The notes: generated by a model not told the origin, from the letters alone. A stretch of DNA of 64,000 bases from Elusimicrobiaceae bacterium (GCA_045604045.1 JAZUNI010000057.1:1277-65276), one strand, 5' to 3'. Counted from the first letter of the stretch, positions 45,410 to 55,005 are shown. A program made the numbers and translations.

Positions 45410-45730
45410 ATGAAGAAAGTAATATTATTTTCCGTATTGGCTGCGCTAGGGGCTGGATGTGCTACAAACACGGCTACTACTGCCACCACCGCAAATCAAC
45501 CCTTGACACTAGAGGAAGCGCTACAAAAATCGGCTGAAACACGCCAAAAATTACAAGAGGCACAACAAGCCTATCAAAATGCTAAAAACGCTTCCGCTGC
45601 TGCAAATGCTAATAACTCTAATAACACGGTGGTAGATAGTGTGAAAACGCAAATTCAAGAAAAAATTAACACTTCTAAAACACAAGTAGACAATGAAGTA
45701 CAAGCCTGGAAAGAAGTGCTTAAAAATTAA
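45410..45730 (+). CDS. small lipoprotein (hypothetical)
   Basis: SD AAAGGAG and lipobox LGAGC. About 106 aa, Ala/Asn/Gln-rich. Confidence 0.6.
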   Translation: MKKVILFSVLAALGAGCATNTATTATTANQPLTLEEALQKSAETRQKLQEAQQAYQNAKNASAAANANNSNNTVVDSVKTQIQEKINTSKTQVDNEVQAWKEVLKN

Positions 45731-45751
45731 CCAGTTGTGTTTTAAACATAT

Positions 45752-45780
45752 AAAACCCCGAGCGCAAGCCCGGGGTTTTT
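45752..45780. terminator. bidirectional terminator
   Basis: AAAACCCCG...CGGGGTTTTT, between convergent genes. Confidence 0.75.
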
Positions 45781-45804
45781 ATATAAGACCTAATAACTAA
45801 GTGT

Positions 45805-46398
45805 TTATTTTGTTACAGGATGTTGCACAGGGCGCTCATCGGCAGGAGATTTCCCGTTGCTGAGTTTACCAAAATGAGGACCAGGGTGTTTGCCGGCTTT
45901 TCCCTCACCGCGCATCCAGTTATGCGGGCCACGCATCCCTTCAGGACGTTCAAACAACACCTTTACATTGCCGTCTTTCTCTATAAGTGCCTGCGTTTTT
46001 TGGGTTACCCACGCTTTTTTGGCGTCATCAGTATTGTCCTTAGCAAAATCTTGCTTCATTTGAGTCAAACGTTTTTCAAATTCACCCAATTGGTTTTGTT
46101 TGAAAACGAGCTGTTCTTGCCGAATAGAGGACACTTCCTTTTCAATTTCAGCACGTTTAGCTTCTTTTTTCTTGCCGTCTTTGAGAGCATTATATTCTTT
46201 GACCAATTTACTCATTTTCCCTTGTGTAGCCTTCATTTTGGCCATTTGTTCTTGATGGGCTTTGGCAAAGGATTCATGCCCTTGGCCGCGGAAGTGTTCC
46301 ACGGCGGATGATCTCCCCTCCTGGGGGACTTGTTTTTCCTGTGCAAATACGGCCGTGTTTACACACATCACCGCAGCGAGTAATACTATTTTTTTCAT
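45805..46398 (-). CDS. periplasmic helical protein (hypothetical), last gene of the ECF sigma operon
   Basis: Signal peptide MKKIVLLAAVMCVNTAVFAQ and a Lys/Glu/Gln-rich helical body. SD TAGGAGG. Confidence 0.6.
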   Translation of the reverse strand: MKKIVLLAAVMCVNTAVFAQEKQVPQEGRSSAVEHFRGQGHESFAKAHQEQMAKMKATQGKMSKLVKEYNALKDGKKKEAKRAEIEKEVSSIRQEQLVFKQNQLGEFEKRLTQMKQDFAKDNTDDAKKAWVTQKTQALIEKDGNVKVLFERPEGMRGPHNWMRGEGKAGKHPGPHFGKLSNGKSPADERPVQHPVTK

Positions 46399-46407
46399 AC
46401 TTACCTC

Positions 46408-46791
46408 CTAGAATGTTTCCAACAAATTTAAATCATTTGAAAAAGTGGTATATTCATCTTGGGTTGTTTGGCTCATATATGCCACCAATTCTGTATGATT
46501 AAACGCCGTAGGTTGACTAAGACGGATACCTATACCTAGAGCTAATAATAGTACCGTCAATCCTCCCACTAGCACCATTTTCCATTGCATCCACCAGTTT
46601 TTACGTCGGGTAGTTTGGGCTAGTACCCGCTCCACAAGTTGGGCTGGAGCGGCCGAAGCCGTCAATGCGGTAGAGAGCGCTTTGTCCCATTGCTCATATG
46701 CTTGACACGTACGACACGTAGCAGCATGCGCTTTAAAATCCACAGCAGTTAGCTGGCCGACTTGAAATAAATACCATTGTTTACATGTCAT
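46408..46791 (-). CDS. anti-sigma factor (zf-HC2) with one TM helix
   Basis: Start at ATG 46791 after GGTGA. Contains the H-x3-C-x2-C motif (HAATCRTCQ). Confidence 0.65.
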   Translation of the reverse strand: MTCKQWYLFQVGQLTAVDFKAHAATCRTCQAYEQWDKALSTALTASAAPAQLVERVLAQTTRRKNWWMQWKMVLVGGLTVLLLALGIGIRLSQPTAFNHTELVAYMSQTTQDEYTTFSNDLNLLETF

Positions 46792-46799
46792 ATAATCAC

Positions 46800-47369
46800 C
46801 TATTCTTCTATCCATAATTTACGCATCTTTTGAATAGCGCGGTGCGCATCAGCTAGAACCGTCCCTAAAGGTTTATGCACCATGTCAGCAATCTCTTGGA
46901 AAGAGAAGTATGGACGCAAATACAAGACTTCCTGTTGCTGGGGGGAAAGCGTTGCTATTAACTGGCGTAGCCGGGCCCTAGTCTCATCTTGTGTAAGCCG
47001 CTCAAGTTGCGTTGGTTCTCCATCCGGCAACAAATCGTGCCAAAATTCGTTTCCTTCTTCATCTTGTTCATCCAGTGAAGCAACAGGCTTGTGATCGCGC
47101 AAATAATTAAAAGACTTATTGCGGGCGGTGGCAAACAGCCACGCTTTTACCTTGCCTTGCTCTTTAAAATCTGCCGCATGATTATAAAGAGCGAAAAACA
47201 CTTCTTGAAATAAATCTCCGGCGGCTCCCTCATCTCTCACCAGCGATAAGATGTATTGGTATAATCCATTCTTGTGGCGAAAAAGAAGCTCTTCGAACGC
47301 ACCTTGATTTCCCTGAGCGAACAACTTCACTAAATCATCATCAGTATACTCATTTAAATTAGCTTCCAT
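46800..47369 (-). CDS. ECF-type RNA polymerase sigma factor
   Basis: Region 2 (FEELLFRHKNGLYQYILSLV) and region 4 (QQQEVLYLRPYFSFQEIADMVHKPLGTV) are both present. The start is uncertain (ATG 47369 or TTG 47393). Confidence 0.8.
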   Translation of the reverse strand: MEANLNEYTDDDLVKLFAQGNQGAFEELLFRHKNGLYQYILSLVRDEGAAGDLFQEVFFALYNHAADFKEQGKVKAWLFATARNKSFNYLRDHKPVASLDEQDEEGNEFWHDLLPDGEPTQLERLTQDETRARLRQLIATLSPQQQEVLYLRPYFSFQEIADMVHKPLGTVLADAHRAIQKMRKLWIEE

Positions 47370-47427
47370 ATGTATGTAACACAATCCTTGCAAAATTTAT
47401 TGCAACAAACGTATGATAACAAAATTA

Positions 47428-47456
47428 TTGCAGTATGGGTACTGTTTTGCTAGAAT
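47428..47456 (+). promoter_or_regulatory. candidate sigma70 promoter
   Basis: TTGCAG (47428-47433), a 17-nt spacer, then TAGAAT (47451-47456). Confidence 0.5.
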
Positions 47457-47481
47457 AGAGTGATATTTTAAATCAATAAGA

Positions 47482-47604
47482 ATGGTTATGATTTCGAACA
47501 CTCAGAAACACCTACATACGTGTATGAACTCCATGCTAGTGTCTATTATTATCCTAGTGATTTCTATGATGCTACATAAAAAATTGCTAGGGAGTGTTTG
47601 TTGA
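47482..47604 (+). CDS. candidate 40-aa hydrophobic peptide
   Basis: The sequence is MVMISNTQKHLHTCMNSMLVSIIILVISMMLHKKLLGSVC. It lies between a promoter-like site and a strong terminator. There is no clear SD, so it may instead be non-coding. Confidence 0.3.
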   Translation: MVMISNTQKHLHTCMNSMLVSIIILVISMMLHKKLLGSVC

Positions 47605-47626
47605 ATAAACCTATTTTAAATAATAC

Positions 47627-47661
47627 AAACCCGCCCTAAGAGACAGTAGGGCGGGTTTTTT
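47627..47661 (+). terminator. rho-independent terminator
   Basis: AAACCCGCCCT-N10-AGGGCGGGTTT followed by TTT. Confidence 0.8.
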
Positions 47662-47672
47662 GGGTTTAAATT

Positions 47673-47696
47673 TTAGATTAGTAATTAGATTAGTAA
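47673..47696 (+). repeat. tandem 12-mer, two copies (TTAGATTAGTAA)
   Basis: A perfect direct repeat immediately upstream of the SD GAGGAAAAC of the next gene. Confidence 0.8.
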
Positions 47697-47707
47697 TTGA
47701 GGAAAAC

Positions 47708-50167
47708 ATGAAAAAAATAATAGCCATCTGGCTAAGCATTAACCTGCTGGTATTACAGGCAGTACCAGCAACTGCAATCGTGCCTTTTCGGCAAGCCCCA
47801 AAGGGGCTCAAAAAAGGCCCCAGCATCAAAATGAACACGGGGAACTCCGTGCGTCCAACACTACTTAATGAACAAGTAGCCAAAGTGGCCCGCCACAATA
47901 TGCAGCTGCCGCTTACCACCCGCTACACGGCTTTATTAACATCAAAAGCCTATGTACCTGCGGCGCGCCAAATGTTGACACATCCGCAGCTGAAAGAGCG
48001 CGCCTTACTACTGCGCACAGATTTTACGGTCTTGGCATTACACAACCAAGTAGCCCCGGCAGATCAATTAGAAGCGACTTCTTTTTACCGGAATAATTTA
48101 GCCCACGATGCTCCCTTTAATGAGACGGTGGCCGATATTGCTTCGTTAGGCTTATTGGGCGAAAAAGCAGATGGAGCAGTCATCTTAAAAAAGGCACAAA
48201 AAGCAATTGGAACTCCGGAAGAAGCCGCTATTACCGCGGCTGCCGCACGGGCACTACTACGCCTAGAGGCTTATCAAGAACTAGAAGCATTAGATAAAGT
48301 CTCCCAATTGCAACCACAACTGTGGGAAGGAGTTCGTATTTATGCCACACAATACAAGTTACCTGTACGGTTGTTAGCTACGAAACGCACACCGGTAGAT
48401 GTCACTGCGCTGCAAACTGATTTATTTGAGTTAGGACCGATTAACAGTATTATTGTAAATCCATCGTTAGAGGCTACCTATCTCTATATGAACGCAGGGC
48501 GTGACCTCTCGACTTCCGTGGAAGCAAAATCTTCGACAAATCTACCTCCATGGCATGAAACGTATCAACGCTTAGCACGACAAGCCTTGAACGAAACAGG
48601 GGCTCTTCCAAAAGATGCACGCCAAACCAATAATAATTCCCCTATTTTACCAGCACAAGACGCCCATGTATCTTGGCATAAAACGTACCAACGCTTAGCG
48701 CAGCAGGCGCTTAATGAAAATACGCCTGCCTTAATAGCAGAGAACAAAGGCCGTACACCTGCGTTTCAAAAAGCTGCTGGATTATTTGACCGGCTACCTG
48801 CTGCCGATGGAGCTGACTTTACGCAGCGTGCCGCCCTGTATTTAACGGCATTTTCTATCGGACTAGAAATTGGTACCCCTATCATGGCCAGTATTAAAAG
48901 TGCGCTTAATTTGCCGCTTTCCTACGCTATTTTGGTAACGGCAGCCACCTATTCGCCCTATTTGTTTGGTTCATTTATTGCCAATTGGCTAAAGGGTAAA
49001 ATCGGCCGAAAAAATACAGTCAATACTGGCATTGCCTTAATGGGGGGAAGTTTCGCCTTAGGGGCGGCAGTCTTGGGACTAGATGGATCATTTTCCGCCT
49101 GGGATAACCCATTAGCACAATACATGAGCATTTTAGCTACTTTAACTACGGCCAGTACAGGGGCTGTATTTATTCACAATGCCACTGGACCGATTATGAC
49201 GGAAATCAGCCAACAAACTAGTGACCTCGTCCGCCAAAAGCGCGGTACATATATTGAGTTAGCCCGTTCCGTAGGGATGATGTCCTCGTTTGCATTTCCG
49301 TTCTTAGCTACTGGCGTGTTAGGCTTGGATTGGAGTGCACCCTTTATCATGGCATTGCCGTTTGTAGCTGCTTCGGCTGTGGGACTAAATTTGGCAAAAC
49401 TACCGAATAGCAAGCCGGTGGTATCCTCCGCACCAAAACTGGCCCAATCCCCTGTGATGGACGGAACCCGCAAACCACGTAAAGCCCTACAATGGAAAAA
49501 TTCCTTGTTAAATAACGGATATGTACGTTTATTACGAGAAGAACCCGGTGTAGCTAATTTCATTGGCGGCCTATTTATCATGAATGCTGTAGAAATTGCC
49601 TTTAATAGTGGCTTTTTGTTCATGGTGCCACAACTGACCCCCAATGAATCTGCCCAGTATTTGTTTGGGATGGCGCAATTTGCGGTAGCTTTTTTAGCAG
49701 GACGTTATTTGGCTGGACACTTTTTAAAGTGGTTTCCTCAGCATAACATCAGTGTGGCTACCTTGCTGGCTGCTATAAGCGGGACGGCTGCCCTTGGTGT
49801 AACGGATAATGTATACGCATTGACAGCGGCCCTCTTTACAGCGGAGCTGGGTATTTCCACTGGCTTTACGCTCGCCTTTGCCCGTACAGCTAAAAATCAC
49901 TTAACACAAGATAGGGTTACTTCGTTAATTATGGCAAGTGCTGTCTCGTGCGCGTTAGGGCCAATATTACTAACACAAGTAGCCCAGGGCCTTATTAACG
50001 CCGGGATATTAAGTGAAAGCAACGCTACCATTGCCTCCTTAATTGCGATCCCATCGGTGTTGACATTTTTATCAACAAAGCTCTTTCGAAACATGGAAGG
50101 GGGAAATTCCTTCAAGGAAAGCTTATCTGCTCTTTGGACCAATATTAAAAAATATTTTCGTAAGTAA
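47708..50167 (+). CDS. fusion protein: secreted N-terminal domain (~370 aa) plus a C-terminal MFS-like polytopic domain
   Basis: Signal peptide MKKIIAIWLSINLLVLQAVPATA. An internal duplicated motif WH(E/K)TYQRLA(R/Q)QALNE. The C-terminal half has about 12 TM helices. Confidence 0.65.
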   Translation: MKKIIAIWLSINLLVLQAVPATAIVPFRQAPKGLKKGPSIKMNTGNSVRPTLLNEQVAKVARHNMQLPLTTRYTALLTSKAYVPAARQMLTHPQLKERALLLRTDFTVLALHNQVAPADQLEATSFYRNNLAHDAPFNETVADIASLGLLGEKADGAVILKKAQKAIGTPEEAAITAAAARALLRLEAYQELEALDKVSQLQPQLWEGVRIYATQYKLPVRLLATKRTPVDVTALQTDLFELGPINSIIVNPSLEATYLYMNAGRDLSTSVEAKSSTNLPPWHETYQRLARQALNETGALPKDARQTNNNSPILPAQDAHVSWHKTYQRLAQQALNENTPALIAENKGRTPAFQKAAGLFDRLPAADGADFTQRAALYLTAFSIGLEIGTPIMASIKSALNLPLSYAILVTAATYSPYLFGSFIANWLKGKIGRKNTVNTGIALMGGSFALGAAVLGLDGSFSAWDNPLAQYMSILATLTTASTGAVFIHNATGPIMTEISQQTSDLVRQKRGTYIELARSVGMMSSFAFPFLATGVLGLDWSAPFIMALPFVAASAVGLNLAKLPNSKPVVSSAPKLAQSPVMDGTRKPRKALQWKNSLLNNGYVRLLREEPGVANFIGGLFIMNAVEIAFNSGFLFMVPQLTPNESAQYLFGMAQFAVAFLAGRYLAGHFLKWFPQHNISVATLLAAISGTAALGVTDNVYALTAALFTAELGISTGFTLAFARTAKNHLTQDRVTSLIMASAVSCALGPILLTQVAQGLINAGILSESNATIASLIAIPSVLTFLSTKLFRNMEGGNSFKESLSALWTNIKKYFRK

Positions 50168-50189
50168 ACTATGATGCATGGTGTATGAA

Positions 50190-50219
50190 ACAACCCCCGG
50201 TTTAATTACCGGGAGTTGT
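50190..50219. terminator. hairpin between convergent genes (weak U-tracts)
   Basis: ACAACCCCCGG-tttaatta-CCGGGAGTTGT. Confidence 0.45.
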
Positions 50220-50377
50220 CATTTCTGCAAATTATATATGAGGCTTATATATAAATGAGCAGAGATTCCCGATTACAACCTTCAAGAATGACAAAGCTGT
50301 AAAGAGGGGAGCAGCTACGCGACGGAAATATATGCGAGCGTTTGGATAACAACGTCTGGCACAAAATTAGGAAGAAA

Positions 50378-51604
50378 TTATTCGTAACGTAGTGCGTCAA
50401 TAGGGGTCAACTTAGAGGCTTTATACGCCGGGTAATACCCAAAGAAAATCCCCGTAGCGGCGGAAAACCCAGCTGAAATCACAATAGCGCTAACGCTTAA
50501 TTGTGCCGAAAGCGACATATACTTAGCTACAAACAGTGTAAAAATAACGCCTAATATAATTCCCACCAATCCACCCATACAGGAAAGCGTCATAGACTCT
50601 ACTAAAAACTGCAGGCGAATATTCCAGCTAGTAGCCCCAATGGCCATGCGGATGCCAATCTCACGCGTGCGTTCGGTAACGGACACGAGCATAATGTTCA
50701 TCACTCCAATGCCACCTACAATCAAAGATACCGCCCCTATAATGCCCAAAAATAAACTCATAGTAGTAGCTGTAGATTTGGCTTGCTCCACAAACGAGGC
50801 AAAATCATCCAACTGAAAATCATCCTTGCCCAGCGGGTGAATGTGGTGTGTATTGCGTACGGTGTTAGCAATATCCACCTTGGTATTTTCAATTTGGTTA
50901 AAGTCTGCCGCGCGAATCACAACGCGGTCTAAGGCGCGCCGGTCGGTCTTGCCCCAGCCGGCATTTAGTTTTACTTTGCCAGTGGTATAGGGAATTAATG
51001 CCCCTTCGTCAATGTTAAAGCCAAAGCCACTAGAACCCGTCCGCTTGGTTACCCCCACAACCGTAAAGGGGATATTGTCCAAAACGACGGTTTTATTTAA
51101 GGGGTCTACGTCGCCAAAAATCGTTTGCGCAGCCGTAGCCCCAATGACCATCACTTGCGCGTAGTCGTTTATTTCTTTATCGGTAAACGAGCGGCCTTTT
51201 TCCACGCTCCAATCGTAGGCTTTAAAAATGTCCGTATCAGTGGCAAGCGCACTTAAACTAACACTGGTATTTTTGTATTTCACATCAAAACTGGTTTGAA
51301 TATAGGGCGCAGCGGCAGACACGCTGGCAATTTCACGGATGGCCAACACGTCGTCCATGGTAACATCTTTAGGGGAGGATATGGATTCATCCAAATCCCA
51401 GGGTTGGCGCAAGAAAATAATGTTTGTCCCCATATTGGAAAAGCGATCTGCAATACTTTTCTTGGTGGCACTGCCGACGGCAAGTACCGTAATCACGGCC
51501 GCCACCCCAATAATAATACCCAGGCTTGTTAAAGCGGCGCGCATTTTGTTTGCAAAGATAGCTTTTAAAGAAATTTTAAACACGGCTAAAAACGAGTCTA
51601 TCAT
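50378..51604 (-). CDS. ABC transporter permease, MacB/FtsX family
   Basis: 408 aa with an N-terminal TM helix, a large periplasmic loop and a C-terminal FtsX-type 3-TM bundle. Confidence 0.85.
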   Translation of the reverse strand: MIDSFLAVFKISLKAIFANKMRAALTSLGIIIGVAAVITVLAVGSATKKSIADRFSNMGTNIIFLRQPWDLDESISSPKDVTMDDVLAIREIASVSAAAPYIQTSFDVKYKNTSVSLSALATDTDIFKAYDWSVEKGRSFTDKEINDYAQVMVIGATAAQTIFGDVDPLNKTVVLDNIPFTVVGVTKRTGSSGFGFNIDEGALIPYTTGKVKLNAGWGKTDRRALDRVVIRAADFNQIENTKVDIANTVRNTHHIHPLGKDDFQLDDFASFVEQAKSTATTMSLFLGIIGAVSLIVGGIGVMNIMLVSVTERTREIGIRMAIGATSWNIRLQFLVESMTLSCMGGLVGIILGVIFTLFVAKYMSLSAQLSVSAIVISAGFSAATGIFFGYYPAYKASKLTPIDALRYE

Positions 51605-52323
51605 AGCTCCTCCTGCTGGGCAGGTTTAGCACCTGTAGGGGTTTGACGTTCATCGCTCATCTTCTGCCCGTCTTTAAATTTAATTAAGCGTGTAGCATAC
51701 TGGGCAATATCCGGCTCGTGCGTGATGAGAATAATAGTTTTGCCCATTTCTTTATTCAGCCGGGTAAATAAATCCATGACTTCAATACTCATTTTGGTAT
51801 CCAGGTTCCCAGTAGGTTCGTCGGCAAAGATGATGGGTGCGTCACACACTAAACTGCGCGCAATGGCTACACGCTGCTGCTGCCCGCCGGAGAGCTGATT
51901 GGGCAAGTGGTACGCCCGCTGCGCTAGGCCCACGGCCTCCAACGCTTCCAGGGCTTTTTTGCGGCGTTGGGCAGCTGGGGTATGATTGTAAATCATGGGC
52001 AGTTCCACATTCTCTAGCGCAGTAGTGCGTTTAATTAAGTTAAACCCCTGAAACACAAAACCAATTTTTCGGTTTCGCACGCCGGCTAGTTTAGATAAAT
52101 CGGTAGCGGTTACGTCAATATCATCTAATATATATGTGCCGCGGGTGGGTTTATCCAGACAACCCAAAATATTCATAAACGTGGACTTGCCCGATCCAGA
52201 CGGGCCCATCACAGCCACAAATTCCCCAGGCTCAATAGCTACGCTTACGCCGTTAAGTGCTTTGACTTCCACGTCGCCCACCTGATAAATTTTGTATAAA
52301 TCACGCGTATCAATTAACGGCAT
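51601..52323 (-). CDS. ABC transporter ATP-binding protein (MacB/LolD type)
   Basis: Walker A GPSGSGKST, signature LSGGQQQRVAIAR and Walker B IIFADEPT. Confidence 0.92.
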   Translation of the reverse strand: MPLIDTRDLYKIYQVGDVEVKALNGVSVAIEPGEFVAVMGPSGSGKSTFMNILGCLDKPTRGTYILDDIDVTATDLSKLAGVRNRKIGFVFQGFNLIKRTTALENVELPMIYNHTPAAQRRKKALEALEAVGLAQRAYHLPNQLSGGQQQRVAIARSLVCDAPIIFADEPTGNLDTKMSIEVMDLFTRLNKEMGKTIILITHEPDIAQYATRLIKFKDGQKMSDERQTPTGAKPAQQEEL

Positions 52324-52332
52324 AGTGGCTCC

Positions 52333-53550
52333 TTATCGGCGGCGTGGGCCTCGCGGTGGGGTCATTCCGGTCATGCCGGAGGATTTTAAATTGTTCTCAC
52401 CCACAATAATGCGGTCTCCCTCTTGCAGCTCACCCGATACAATTTCCGTATTCTTAGTAGCAATAATACCAATCGTTACGTCCACGCGTTTAGGTTCTTG
52501 GCCGCGCTGCACCTTCCACACGCCCGTATTTTCGTAAGTTTGTTTGTTAAAGGAGGGGGAAAAGCGCAACGCTTCGTTAGGCACCAACAACACGCCTTTT
52601 TTATCTTGCGTGTAAATGGTGAGCGTGGCGGTCATCCCCGGTTTTAAGCGTAGATCGCTATTATCCACGTCCACAATTACCGTGTAAGAGGTACTGGAGG
52701 ACGCATTAGACGACGAAGACGTATCCACATAATTAGTACGCACTTGCCGCACCGTGCCGGAGAATTTTTCGCCCATATAGCCGTCCAGGGTAAACGTGAC
52801 GTTTTGGCCGGGTTTAATTTTGACGATGTCCGCTTCGGACACTTTGGCCTCAATTTGCATTTTAGTCATATCCTGCGCCACGACAAACAGCTCCGGCGTG
52901 GAAAAGCCCGCCGTAATGGTTTGCCCTTCGCTTACTTTGCGTGTGAGCACCACGCCATCAATAGGAGAAACTATTTGTGTGTTAGACAAATTCTTTTCCG
53001 CTGTATCTACATTGGATTGCGCACGCACTACGCTAGCTTGCGCGGCGTTTAAGGCACTTTTGGCGTTGACGTAGGAAAGTTCGTATTCCTCTAGCGCTAC
53101 TTTAGATACATACTCTTTTTTATAGAGCTCTTGGTAGCGTTGGTAGTTTAGTTTGGCAAGCTCATAGGCTTTTTTGGCAGAGGCTAAACTTTCCTTCGCC
53201 GAAGACAGGCTGGCGCGTGCTTCCTCTAAACTAGCTAAAATTTGCGTTTGGTCAATGATGGCCATCAAGTCGCCTTTTTTGACTTCACTATTATAATCTA
53301 CGTAAATTTTCAAAATCTCGCCAGAAACCAACGCACCGATTTGAGTGGTATTGACCGGGTTAATTGGGCCGGACGCTTCCACAAGGTCGGCAATGTCGCC
53401 CTTTTCCACTTTGGCAATACGGTAAGGCGGCACGGGGGGCTTGGTAAAGTAACGAGCTTTGACCCACCAGGCAGCCGCTATCATAAGTGCTAGCACCAGC
53501 AGTTTAAGCCACCAGGGCGCATGCCAAATTTTTCCAAAAAGTTTTTTCAT
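52333..53550 (-). CDS. efflux periplasmic adaptor (HlyD/MacA family)
   Basis: N-terminal TM helix, coiled-coil hairpin and beta-barrel. About 405 aa. Confidence 0.8.
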   Translation of the reverse strand: MKKLFGKIWHAPWWLKLLVLALMIAAAWWVKARYFTKPPVPPYRIAKVEKGDIADLVEASGPINPVNTTQIGALVSGEILKIYVDYNSEVKKGDLMAIIDQTQILASLEEARASLSSAKESLASAKKAYELAKLNYQRYQELYKKEYVSKVALEEYELSYVNAKSALNAAQASVVRAQSNVDTAEKNLSNTQIVSPIDGVVLTRKVSEGQTITAGFSTPELFVVAQDMTKMQIEAKVSEADIVKIKPGQNVTFTLDGYMGEKFSGTVRQVRTNYVDTSSSSNASSSTSYTVIVDVDNSDLRLKPGMTATLTIYTQDKKGVLLVPNEALRFSPSFNKQTYENTGVWKVQRGQEPKRVDVTIGIIATKNTEIVSGELQEGDRIIVGENNLKSSGMTGMTPPRGPRRR

Positions 53551-53559
53551 AATCTCTCC

Positions 53560-54894
53560 TTAAAATGTTCCCATGGCTTGTTTTAAATCTGCTATAGCCG
53601 AGCCGTAATCATAGCGGGCGGTGAGCAGACTAAGCTGTGCGTCCGTGTAGGCCACTTCGGCGTCTTTGAGCTCCAGCATATCGCCAATACCTTCGTTGTA
53701 ACGGCCTCGGGCAAGCTCCATATTTTCTTTAGCTTTCTGCGCATTTAACTCTGCCAGTGGGATACTTTCCGCTGCTTCGTTAAGCGCAATATATGCGTTT
53801 TGCACTTCCAAAAAAACGTTATTTAACAAGCTGCGCGAGTTGTTACGTGTGCTAGCCAGTGCCAGGTTGGCTTGCTTCACCCCGTTGTAGGTTTTAAACG
53901 CGTTAAACAAGGGAATATCCAACCCTACACCCACGCGGGCATTTTCAGTATCTAGGTAGAGACTTTCGCCGCTTTTGGTGTAACCCGCCGTAAAAGATAC
54001 CGTCGGGAAATAGCCCGCCTTGGCTTGGCTTACTTTCAGTTCGCCCAGGCGTACTTCCAAGGTACTGGCAGCCACATCCGGTCGGTTTTGATAGGCGGTT
54101 TGGACGGCACTTTCAAAACTAATATCTTGCAAGGTAAAATCCACCGTTTCGTCCACTTGTAAAATAGCCGACGTGGTAACCCCCAGCGTGTTGGCTAGCG
54201 AGGCCGACGCTGTTTTAACGGCGTTTTTAGCGCGAATGAGGCGCAGGGATTCGTTATTTAAATTCACTTCTGCTGTGGTAACATCTACCTTAGGGCGCAG
54301 GCCCAAGCGGAAATATTCCGCCGTTCGCTTATATTGGTCCTCGTACACATCACGGGATTGAGTGCGAATATCCACCGTGCGTTGCGCTGCTAACAGTGCG
54401 TAATATTTTTTGCGAACCGTACGAATTAAATCATTCTTAACGCTTTGTAAATTAAGCTGGGCTTGCTGCACTTCCACTTGTTTCATTTTTACGTTACGCG
54501 CTAAATCCGTAACCCCGCTTAAAGACAAATTGGCCGAAATGTTAGAGGTAGATGACCCATTATCATGCACCGGAGTGCCCATATTGTAGGCACTGTCAAA
54601 CCCAGCCGAGGCCTTGGGCAAAAATTGAGATTTGGCCAAATTTAAATTAACCTGCGCGTTTTGCATCGCCAGTTGTGCAGACACGGCTGAAGGGTTATTG
54701 GCCAGGGCCAACTGGATGCAATCTTCCAGCGTGAGCTTGCCGTAAATATCGGCTAGCGGCTGTCCGTCCGCCCCGAGGGGAATAGGTTCAGCTACCGGCG
54801 CCGTAGAAGCAGCCACCGGCGTGGGGGAAATAAGCTCCGCACACGCTGGAACAAACGAAAATAGACAAGTTAAAAAAAGTAGCCAATTTCTCAT
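53560..54894 (-). CDS. TolC-family outer-membrane efflux protein
   Basis: 444 aa with a signal peptide and two OEP repeats (LTLEDCIQLALANNP...). Confidence 0.8.
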   Translation of the reverse strand: MRNWLLFLTCLFSFVPACAELISPTPVAASTAPVAEPIPLGADGQPLADIYGKLTLEDCIQLALANNPSAVSAQLAMQNAQVNLNLAKSQFLPKASAGFDSAYNMGTPVHDNGSSTSNISANLSLSGVTDLARNVKMKQVEVQQAQLNLQSVKNDLIRTVRKKYYALLAAQRTVDIRTQSRDVYEDQYKRTAEYFRLGLRPKVDVTTAEVNLNNESLRLIRAKNAVKTASASLANTLGVTTSAILQVDETVDFTLQDISFESAVQTAYQNRPDVAASTLEVRLGELKVSQAKAGYFPTVSFTAGYTKSGESLYLDTENARVGVGLDIPLFNAFKTYNGVKQANLALASTRNNSRSLLNNVFLEVQNAYIALNEAAESIPLAELNAQKAKENMELARGRYNEGIGDMLELKDAEVAYTDAQLSLLTARYDYGSAIADLKQAMGTF

Positions 54895-54901
54895 ATTTTA
54901 T

Positions 54902-54907
54902 ATTGTA
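54902..54907 (-). promoter_or_regulatory. -10 hexamer TACAAT, ending 7 nt before ATG 54894
   Basis: The minus strand reads TACAAT-ataaaat-ATG with no SD. Confidence 0.35.
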
Positions 54908-55005
54908 CCAATAAAAGTTCTTTTAGTGTAAGAACACGAGAAAAAGAATTTTTATTGCAGTAAAATATGTTGATAGGTTACACCCCACTAACAGAATCAT
55001 GCAAA

